A stretch of DNA of 64,000 nucleotides from the NCBI GenBank assembly GCA_951406725.2, contig OX597839.1:16988001-17052000 (forward strand), given 5' to 3'. Both the position numbers and the translations under genes were made by a program. Shown here piece by piece: positions 54,094-64,000 of the stretch. Origin of the DNA: Octopus vulgaris (Eukaryota). The notes beneath the pieces are model-generated. The model did not search any database. It was not told where the DNA came from and was given only the letters and a program-made list of their open reading frames with translations. Numbering within the stretch: position 1 is the first letter of the stretch; each line of letters starts with the position of its first letter.

Positions 54094-54658
54094 CTATATA
54101 TATGTAACTATATATTTACACACACCACACACAGACATATTATATATATATATATAATTCATATATATATATCTCTTATTATAAAAGGCAGATTTTATCT
54201 GCCTCCCTTTGTCAGTTATAGAAATCTACAATATAGGATTTCTTCAATTACAATTTACTTAGCATTTTTAAGAGTAGAATGCATCGGGTTTTGCCAGGTC
54301 CACTTTTTAAAATTTAAACTCCAATTAAGCAAAATTTACAGAAAACTCACATTCTGGTGTGTATGTCAAATGCTTTTCTTAATGTGTTTTACACCACACG
54401 CACACACACAGTGTGCAAGGAATAAAATGAAAGTAATTCACCTTTTGTAGTGAGTGACTCTTTCAGTCTGCCACTTCCTCTTTACACACATAGACACGCA
54501 AATATATAAATAAAATTGTAAGCTAACGTGCGTGTGTGTGAGTGTGTGTGTGCGTGTGTGTGTGTGAGGGTGCGTGTGTGTGTGTGTGTGTGTGTGTGCG
54601 TGCGTGTGCGTGAGTGTGTGACAGGAAAGTTTTTTAGGACGAATATAAGACCTATATT

Positions 54659-54982
54659 GGCGATGTTTCGCTTGTAGCACAGGTTTCCGTCGATTTCCGT
54701 AAAAAAACTTATTTTTTTACATAAGTAATGAGAGCGAAAGAGACTAAGAGAAAGCGATTGTATGACGAGGGAAGTTCTTTTGAAGTTACCGTGCATGGGA
54801 CGCATTGATGTACATGTGTGTGTGTGTGTGTGTTTGATGGAGTGTGGGAGACAGACAGTATGTTGTGTAAGTGAAGTGCTTCTGTTAGTGTGTGTGAAGA
54901 GACAGAGAGAGTAATGTGTGAAAGAGAGAGATAACTGAAATTTTTTACTCGGTTTATGTGTATATGTATGTATGCATGTATG

Positions 54983-55013
<31 letters not shown>

Positions 55014-55109
55014 GTGTGTGTATGTATGTATGTATGTATGGCCGATTCAGTGTTTACACTTTTTACGGAAATCGACGGAAACGTGTGCTACGACAAGCGA
55101 AACATCGCC
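54659..55109. mobile_element. Merlin-like MITE, copy 2 (inverted relative to copy 1)
   Basis: Same TIRs (GGCGATGTTTCGC...GCGAAACATCGCC); TSD CCTATATT/CCTATATC; interior is the reverse complement of copy 1. Confidence 0.8.
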
Positions 55110-55119
55110 CCTATATCCA

Positions 55120-55598
55120 AGTAGCAGAAAGATCGCCCAAAAGTGTATATAAATATTTAAATGTATTTATATATTCATCTATACACAGATGTATGTATAA
55201 TGTGTGTGTATATATTTCCATACACATAACCATTCACTCCGCACAAAGTTTTTTAGGACGAAAATAAGATCTAAAGTTATCTCTAAGTAGCACAGAGATC
55301 GCCCAAAAGTGTATATAGATATATAAATGTATTTATATATTCATCTATGCACACATGTATGTATAACGTGTGTGTATATATTTCCATAGAGGTAACCATT
55401 CACTCCATACAAAGTTTTTTAGCACGAAAATAAGATCTAAAGTTATCTCTAAGAAACAGAAAGATCGCCCAAAAGTGTATATAGATATTTAAATGTATTT
55501 ATATATTCATCTATACACACATGTATGTATAATGTGCGTGTATATATTTCCATAGAGGTAACCATTCAATCCATACAAAGTTTTTTAGGACGAAAATA
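55120..55598. repeat. Three-copy 166-bp tandem repeat
   Basis: Units begin at 55120, 55286 and 55452 (AG.A.CA.A.AGATCGCCCAAAAGTGTATA...). Confidence 0.9.
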
Positions 55599-55845
55599 TT
55601 TATATATAAAAGAAAGGTTGTGTGTCTGTCTACTCCGATTTAGATTCCTAACTACTCCCACATTTTGCGATGCAGTTTAACCAAAACCGGGTATCTTATA
55701 GTCGTGATTCATATCGAGCCCTTCTGGGTATTAGCGCGCGTCTACGATGAGTCTATGATTTTACAAATAATTTACCATCATTTTTTTCCATTTTAATGCA
55801 TATTTTTTAAAATAAACGGAAGTAACTCTCAAACTTCACACCAAT

Positions 55846-56367
55846 ATGCGTGCTCATATGCGATGTAATATCACATCAGCAGCATTTCCTCACACCCTCC
55901 TTGCACTTGGCGAAGGCAAAATACCAGGGGATGAAAATGGTAATATTGCCATCGATTCCATTTGTACCATTGTTAAGACGCCTTCTGATCTCAGAGATGC
56001 AGTGTTCCCAGATCTACAAGCTAATTATCAGAATATGGATTGGATTGGCAAAAAGGCTATACTGGCCCCGAGGAATAAAACTGTTCACCATATTAATGAT
56101 GAAATGCTAAAACTCATTCCTGGGGAAGTCTATGTATATCAGTCTATCGATACAACTCCTGACCCAGAGGACGTCATCAACTATCCAATAGAGGTACTCA
56201 ATTCCTTTGAGCACCCCGGACTACCACCACACTTTCTCAAACTTAAAGTTGGTGCCCCTATAATGCTCATCAGAAATTTGGTTCCCCCAAAACAATGCAA
56301 TGGCACACGTTTGATCGTTAAGTCCTTATCTCCCACTGTAAGCTTATATCAATATTTGCCTGAATAA
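55846..56367 (+). pseudogene. Helitron RepHel Pif1-like helicase C-terminal fragment
   Basis: AILAPRNKTV..IN, YQSIDT, YPIEVLNS...PGLPPH.LKLKVGAPIMLIRNL...CNGTRL are Helitron helicase motifs; truncated at both ends. Confidence 0.9.
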
Positions 56368-58268
56368 TCATCATAATTCAGTGCAATCATTAACAGTACT
56401 TTCAAGCAATTCAGCCCCGAGCAACGCCGGGCAATTCTGCTAGTATATATATATATATATACAAGCATATATATATATATATATATGCATGTATATATGC
56501 ATATGGTTCAGAATTGTACAGATAAAAACAAATGACAAAGATGGTTCTTTGTGTTGGTATTTGTCTCCCCTCCACTACTTCAAAACCAGTGTTAGTTTGT
56601 ATACATCCTGTAACTTGGCAGTTTACCATAAGAGACTGATAGAATAAGCACCAGACTTCATAAAATACATATATTAATATCCTTATTAATTTTTTTAAAA
56701 GCAGTTCAACATTTCCAAGTTCAAATCCTGCTATGGTCAACTTTTTTCTTTTATTCTCTCAGGTTCCATAAATAAAGTATCAGTCAAATACTAATAGTAT
56801 TTATGTACAAAGACCAAATTTCTCTTCTTCTTTTTCCTTCTCTTCCTCCTTCTCCTCATCTTCCTCTTTCTTCTCCACCTCATCCTGCTCTTTCTCCTCA
56901 TTCCTTATCCTCTCTTCTTCTGCTTCCTTCCTCTCCCCAGCCTCCTCTTCTGCATTCTCCTTCTCCCCATCTTCTCTTTTCTTCTTTTGTCCCCATCCTA
57001 CTCCTTATCCTAATCTTCTTTTTCTTCTCTTGCCCCCATCCATTTCCTCCTTACCCCATCCTCCTTCCCTTTTCCTCCTCCTCCTTCTCTCCATCCCCCT
57101 CCTACCTTTCTTACTTCTCCCCATCCTCCTCTCTTTCCACCTTCCCAATCCTCCTCCTTCTCTATCCTCCTCCCTTCCCTCCTAGCATTTGTAGTCTTGT
57201 GCTTATGTTTACAATTAAATATTGTTTACAAACCTTACCAATGGAGCTAAATTTATCACCATCAATACCCACCAACTCGGTTGTTACTAGTTACTGCCTG
57301 TATTTACTTTTATCTCTGGAAATTTCCAATTTTGTTTTTTTGCAGCCAAATTTTAGCTGTCTTTATTGTTAATCCGTTTATATCTAAGTGATAAGAAATA
57401 CAGGTTTAAACCTGACCGGCAACACACTTCCTATGATTCATAAGACAGGTGTGGTGGTTATACAGGGGTGGCCAAAAATAGGTGTACAGTTGCTTGGCTC
57501 AAGCATTCACTCAAAGACACCAGAAATCAAAAACGAGGGCTTCCAAAGAACTAAGCATTTCATGCAGATCCCTTAGCTGACTTATAAATTGCTTAGGTTT
57601 AAGAAAGAAAGAGAGAAATGAGAAGAACATGCCACCCTTACTGGTTACAAACTTCGGCACAAGGCTAGCAAATGCCTGAACTTGTACAAGTGTTGCCTTT
57701 GTTGTTATTGGTACCTTCAAAATTATTTGAAATAGTTTTTCTTTTAACTGTTCATTAAAATTTGCTTTCTTCTCATTGCTCATTAAGCAGTGTAATTTAT
57801 TTTTGGAATGTCATTTTTGCTTTGGTGCTACTGCAATATCTTGTCTTGTACTGTGTTTGAGTCTGGTAAAAATTTTGAGTGTGAAATGTGCCCAACACAT
57901 GTAGTTAAATAAAATAGTCTATAACAACAGACTTTCTTTTGTGCCTTCCTCTGGGCATTTGGGGCAGACCATCATCAGATAATGATAATCCCTTTTGGCA
58001 AGTACTCTAAAGAAATTTTAATTTGATGTTTTAAATATTGTCAAGCTTTGGAATGAAACAAAAACTTGTTTACTCTTTCAAAGCTAATAATAATAATATA
58101 ATATTACGGAAATGTACTTGCATAGCAAGTGATTTGATCTGAGATTGTGTGCTGAAACGAAAACAATTGCAGCGTGGAAGGTGTTTGTAAGCCATTTATG
58201 AAACACACAAAAGCTGTTCGATTCACTTGAACATTTAAGTTTAATTTGTCAAAAATCCATGCTGCATA

Positions 58269-58304
<36 letters not shown>

Positions 58305-58598
58305 TATAATAATAATAATAATAATGATAATAATAATAATAATAATTTCTACTATATGGGCAAGGCGTGAAATATTGGGGAGAGGGATAGTTGATTACAT
58401 CAATCCCAGTGTTTCACTGGTATTTAATTTATCGACCCTGAAATGATGAAAGGCAAAGTCGACCTCAGTGGAATTTAAACTCAGAACATGGGGACTGATG
58501 AAATATTGCTAAGCTTTTAGCCCAGCATGCTAACAATTCTGACAGCTCACCACCTTAATAATAATAATAGTAATAATAACAACAACAACAACAACAAC

Positions 58599-58642
<44 letters not shown>

Positions 58643-58647
<5 letters not shown>

Positions 58648-59185
58648 GCCCTGATGCAGTACCAGGCAATGGCTCTCATGGCTTCTGATCTTAACTGATT
58701 GGAAGTGTTATCATGTAAATTGTTTTGTCTTGGTATAAAAGATGGGCTACAGTAAATATTCTGCTCAATACCACAGATTTGGACCTTAACAAGTTGAGCA
58801 TGTCCCTTAGTGGCTGACGATATGTGCATCTCTGATCATGAGTAGAAGTAGTGGGGGAGCATCATAGCCATGTGTTTGAGAGGGATTCTTTGGGGTTTGA
58901 ATAATTCACTTCTGGAAACATGGGTGTTTCGTTCAACATCCTTAAACAACCCTTATTCAGGAACCTTTTGAGCAGGATGGGTTACTTGACTAGAAGTAAA
59001 TTCTAACTGAGCCCCACCTGCAAGGTCATGTGCTGTTTATCTTGATATGAGATCACCATGTCATGCACATATGGTTGTGATGCATGTGCCTAGTGTACCC
59101 TTATCACACGGGTCATGATGGGTATACTGGGGTTCATATATTTAACACCAGTGTCACTTTGATGGCATGCATTGCTCTCTTACTC

Positions 59186-59188
<3 letters not shown>
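58643..59188. mobile_element. ~540-bp dispersed repeat inserted in (TAA)n
   Basis: Second copy of 22683-23185. Confidence 0.8.
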
Positions 59189-59235
<47 letters not shown>

Positions 59236-59236
<1 letters not shown>

Positions 59237-59815
59237 GTCTGTGAATGTATCCACAGAATGACAGATTTGGGACCCATATACACTGGAAACTATGCCAAAA
59301 CTATGGAATGACAACAGGAAAATGATGATGCAGGAAAGATCTCAGAAAATGACAAAGCAACTGTACTCTGGGATATGCCAATATATACAGATAGAGCAAT
59401 CAAGGCTAATAGACTGGATATAGTTTTGAGAGATTCAGGAAAAAGAATGTCTTCTAATCAATGTATCAATCCCAACAGATGATAATGACAATGTATCTCT
59501 AAAAGAAAGCAGACTCTCTCATAATAACAAAGATCTGGAAATAGAGATAACTTGAATGTGGGGCCAAAAAATTAGAAACAATCCCTATAATGACAGGTGC
59601 ATTAGGGATGATTAAAAAAACATACAAATACATAACCAAAACACCAGGACTTGGGAATATATGTAACATACAGAAAATAGCACTACTAGGCACAGCACAC
59701 ATCCTACGTAAAACTCTTTCAATATAGTGAAAAATAACAACACCAAAACAAACCAAGGCAATCAGAGCTGTGCTCAGCAGTGAAGTGAAAGCACATGATA
59801 AAAATAAGACTACTG
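59236..59815 (+). pseudogene. Dong/R4-clade non-LTR retrotransposon 3' end (restriction-like endonuclease)
   Basis: IHWKLCQNYG, ENDKATVLWDMPIYTDRAIKANRLDIV, CLLINVSIPTDDN, KDLEIEI..MWG, IPIMTGALG and IQKIALLGTAHILRKTL in shifting frames; abuts (TAA)n. Confidence 0.85.
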
Positions 59816-59861
59816 AACAACAACAACAACAGCAACAAAAACAACAACAACAACAACAACA

Positions 59862-59904
<43 letters not shown>

Positions 59905-60130
59905 TTACTAATGTTTTCTGGGGAGGAATTGATATGAAACTTATTGTAGAGAAATGTGCCAAGGCAACCTTGAAGAGAGAAGCATTTGATAACGAAACCA
60001 AGATAAGAAAAAGAATTAGACCAGATTCAGATTTATAAATACTTAGGAATTAATGAGAACTAGACAGAGTAATAAGTTATGGTTATGGTATACTCAACAC
60101 ATGCTGAGTGAATTAACAAGGCTGAACAAG
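59905..60130 (+). pseudogene. Dong/R4-type RT fragment
   Basis: GIDMKLIVEKCAKATLKR...IYKYLGINE resembles IGM.FGL.KCA...YKYLG. Confidence 0.6.
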
Positions 60131-61662
60131 AAAATATGAAAAATAAAGATTTTATTTAGAATACAGAATCCAAAATCTGAAAGAGAAATGTATTTACTAC
60201 AATGTAGGAGCCTTGGGCAATGAGAAGAATTATGATGAAATATCTTTCAAAGGATTACAGAAACATATCCAGTTAAGAATACAGAAAAACCAGTATAAAT
60301 AGTTAAATGTTGGTGTATTCTGATCAGAGTCTTGATTTTGGTTGTGAGTATAACAACCAAGACAAGGATATTAGACTGAATGTATCACCACCATTGCCAC
60401 CACCACCACCACAACCATTACCACCACCACCACACCCACCACCACCACCATTACCACCACCACAACCACCACCACCATTACCACCACCTCCACCATTACC
60501 ACCACCACCACCACCACCACCACCGCCATTATCATCGCCACCATCATTTAATATCCACTTTACCATGCTGGCATGGGTTGTGCTGTTTGACAGGATCCAC
60601 TGGGATCAAGAACTGCATTGTTGTACCAGTGTATGCTATGGCCTGGTTCCTACAGCTTCTGCCCTTCCTAACACAGACCACTTCACAGCATGTTCTGGAC
60701 CCCTGTTTTTTTTTTCTTTTGCCTGCCACCAGCACTATTTTGCTCCCCACAAAGCTCATAGGACTTCAAACCCCGTGCAGAGTGGGTGGGGCTTCAGCTT
60801 CATTGCTTGGGACACAAAGTTATACTAAAAGAGAATGGGGTTGGTGGTCAGAGCAGATTCTTGAAGAAGATCTGCATGGCAACCCACACATAGTAAGAAA
60901 AATGGGGAAAGAGAAAAGAGAAATGATCAGTATGAACAGCAAAGAGATAGATAGTGGCGATGAGGGTCCTATCAGTTTGGACTGACGCTTCCAATTAAGA
61001 AGAACCTCCTCTCCTGGTGGTCCTTGGCAACAATATCTGACAAATTACACTTGATCTGCGTGTCTCTGTGGATCATCATATCATATCCCATAGTTTAGCT
61101 TCTTGGTCATTCACCGAGACCATTCTTCGTTATATGTTTATATATTATTTCTTCTCTATCAATATTTCATAATGCTGGCAGGATTTCCAGTGTATGAAAT
61201 CTTCCACTTTATTGTGTTTGTATAAACTCTTTTTTGGCTAAGACGAGGCACAGATAAACAATGTGATTAATTGTTTTTCCCAACACCATCACCACTACCA
61301 CCAGATATTCTGCAGTTACTTTATATATTCTGCTTCATTATCTGCTTTTAGTTGTAGATGCTGTCACTTCACTATCACAACATCTTGGGTTCAATCCTAC
61401 TGTCGGGTGGTTTATTCTTTTCGTTTATCCTTTTACTTGTTTCCGTCATTTGACTGTGGCCATGCTGGAGCACCACCTTAAAAGGTTTTTAGTTGAAGAA
61501 GTCGACCCCAGGATTTATTTTTTGTAAGCCTAATACTTATTCTATCGGTCTCTTTTGCCGAACCACAAAGAAACATATCTAAACACAGCAATATCAGTTG
61601 TCAAGCAATGGTAAGGAGCAAACACACACACAAACATAAATATATACAAACACACACATATA

Positions 61663-61716
<54 letters not shown>

Positions 61717-61819
61717 GGAGTAAACACATAAATGTGAAACAAGGTGGAAAAAAAGAGTACTTAAATACCAGTGGTAGAGTAATATGCTTTATTTAAAGCA
61801 GCAGAAAATTCAACAAAAC

Positions 61820-61857
61820 CTGTTACTCTGAGTTTCACGTTCCTATTCGTCGGACAG
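61820..61857 (-). ncRNA. Hammerhead motif of the same family as 42690 (U4C variant)
   Basis: Minus strand: CTGT-CCGACGA-ATA GGAA CGT-GAAA-CTCAGAG-TA-ACAG; flank ~61713-61800 matches ~42535-42625. Confidence 0.65.
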
Positions 61858-62579
61858 TTTTTGCTATATAAATATATATATATATATAAGAGAGGAAAAA
61901 TTATAAAAAGGCAGAATGCTAAATTGAAGGTAAATTTTAATAAAAATGGGTGTATGGAAAATTAAAAAAATAATAACTCACACCGGTTTTCATCGCAAAG
62001 CAAATTTTCAAGATTTGAAAGGGGAAAATAAATTTTTTTTAAATTGAGGAAGGGGAAAAAAGAAATTTGCAATATTTTTTTCAAAAAAATAATAATAAAC
62101 ATATACAAAAATCAAAAAATAAGTATACCGATACATTGTAGTGTCTATATGTTTTTTTAGTTCAATAATAGTCCTTGGAAAAATTTCTTTGGAGGATTAA
62201 AATCCATGTGGATCTTAATTCATTTACAAAAAAATGATTTCAAATTTTGGCACAAGGCCAGCAATTTCAGGGGAGGTGCTAAGTCAATTATACAACCCCA
62301 GTGCTCAACTGGTTTTTATTCTATCAACCCTGGAAGATTAAACAACAAAGTTGACTACAACAGAATTTGAACTCAGAACATAGAGACAGACAAAATGCCA
62401 CTAAGCACATTGCCCAGCATGCTAATGGTTATGCCAGCTCCCTGCCTTAAACTCACAAATAATATTAAGCTATGGACATACCATTCTCCTGAATGTGTTT
62501 GGGACTTACTAGTGGGGATAACAATAGCCTTTCAATAACATTGTCACATTATCAGAGGACATAATAAACAGCTTTCACT

Positions 62580-62997
62580 AGGAGTGGCTGTGTGGTAAGA
62601 AGCTGGCTTACCAACCACATGGTTCCGGGTTCTGTCTCACTGTGTGGCACCTTGGGCAAGTGTCTTCTATTATAGCCTCGGGCCAACCAAAGCCTTGTGA
62701 GTGGATTTGGTAGACGGAAACTGAAAGAAGCCTGTCGTATATATGTGTATATATATATATATATATGTATGTGTATGTGTATATGTTTGTGTGTCTGTGT
62801 TTGTCCCCCCTAGCATCGCTTGACAACCGATGCTGGTGTGTTTATGTCCCCGTCACTTAGCGGTTCGGCAAAAGAGACCGATAGAATAAGTACTAGGCTT
62901 ACAAAGAATAAGTCCCGGGGTCGATTTGCTTGACTAAAGGCGGTGCTCCTGCATGGCCGCAGTCAAATGACTGAAACAAGTAAAAGAGTAAAAGAGT
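62580..62997 (+). mobile_element. SINE family A, near full length
   Basis: Same structure as 42813-43202. Confidence 0.9.
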
Positions 62998-63791
62998 ATA
63001 TTAAAATTTGAATTAAACTAAAATTGAATTTAAATTTAAAAAGCTAAAGTAAATAAACTAGATACGATAAAAATGTATTTTACTCTTAATTCCACAGTTT
63101 GAAAACTGAGATGATTTTACTAGAAGCAGGTCACATTATTTTGGAATGTTTGGATGTAGACCATATGCGAATACAAGTTAGCATTTAGTTTTATAGAACT
63201 GGGCTCTGCTACAGCTTCTTGCCTTCTCTCACTCTCCCTTTGTGTGTCTCCCTCTCTCCCTCCTCCCTTCCCTTCCCTCTCTCTCTCTCCTTCTCAATCG
63301 CTCTCTCTCTGTCTCTCTCCCTTTCTCAGTCTCTCTCACTTTGCATTGGTGTGTGTATATATGTGTGTGTGTATATATATATATAAATAAAAAAAAATTT
63401 TAAATTTAAAAATTTAAAAATATAAAAATTTAAAATTTTAATGATTTAAATTTTATATTTTATATATATATATATTATATATTATATTGATTATATTTAT
63501 TTTTTGTTTTTTATGGTTTGGTTTATGTCTATCACTGTTTGAGTTGCCTAATAGCAGTTTTATCTCTAATTTAATTTATATATATATATATATACTTTTA
63601 TTAAAGATGCAAAAATCTTCACAGTATGTGAAGATTTTGTTGCAGCTTTAATAAAAGCATATTACTCTACCTTTGGTATTTGAGTAACATTTTTTTACCA
63701 CCTTGATTTGCATTTATGTGCTTACTTTGTATGTATATATATACATATATATATATATAATCAAAATAAGCAACAAGGATATCCAGAGGTA

Positions 63792-63881
63792 ATGCAGTAT
63801 GATCGTTTCATGCGACTTCATTTAATTGAACAATGCAAATATTACATCAGTTTTAAAATGTAGAGCAATCTTCAGCTGCAT
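63792..63881 (-). ncRNA. Type-I hammerhead motif with long stem-II insertion
   Basis: Minus strand: ATGCAG-CTGAAGA-TTGC...GCAT-GAAA-CGATCA-TA-CTGCAT; perfect 6-bp stem I; stem III is one change from the palindrome CGATCG. Confidence 0.65.
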
Positions 63882-64000
63882 AAAAATATAGAATTTAGTC
63901 AAATTCAAAGGATTCATTTCTAATATATACTGCTCTACATCTTAGTGTGTGCTTCTTTCAGATTTATGTGTTTTGCAAACAGTATACACACACACACGCA

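Larger units (their letters stand above)
54172..56443 (+). mobile_element. Composite Helitron with internal tandem array, nested MITE and helicase remnant
   Basis: Candidate 5' end A|TCTCTTATTATAAAAGGCAGA...TCTGCC; 3' end CCCGAGCAACGCCGGG...CTAG|T, shared with 28480-28868. The 5' boundary is uncertain; a second 5'-like motif lies near 55600. Confidence 0.65.

Noticed and set aside
60307-60985. Poly-Pro, poly-His and poly-Gly ORFs
   Set aside because: A (CCA)n microsatellite at the tail of a SINE-like copy.

Overview
AT-rich, repeat-dominated animal DNA. The SINE families and dense (TA)n/(CA)n/(TATG)n microsatellites point to an octopus (coleoid cephalopod) intergenic or intronic region; this is an inference from repeat content. 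I could not support any host protein-coding gene, and most listed ORFs are microsatellite translations. Recognisable parts are: at least four SINE-like families; a near-intact DD41D (rosa/Visitor) Tc1/mariner element with a single premature stop; a decayed mariner inserted inside a SINE; Helitrons (one carrying a Pif1-helicase fragment); two inverted Merlin-like MITEs with 8-bp TSDs; and fragments of Penelope, Dong/R4, RTE and CR1-like retroelements. The most striking hidden signal is about a dozen minimal type-I hammerhead ribozyme motifs (stem I-CUGANGA-stem II-GAAA-short or palindromic stem III-UH-stem I) from several families. These include U3-A8 covariant and A6U non-canonical cores. They sit mostly in short fold-back or direct-repeat inserts within (TA)n tracts, and one lies directly 3' of a Penelope GIY-YIG fragment. 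All structures were read by eye; none was computed or searched.
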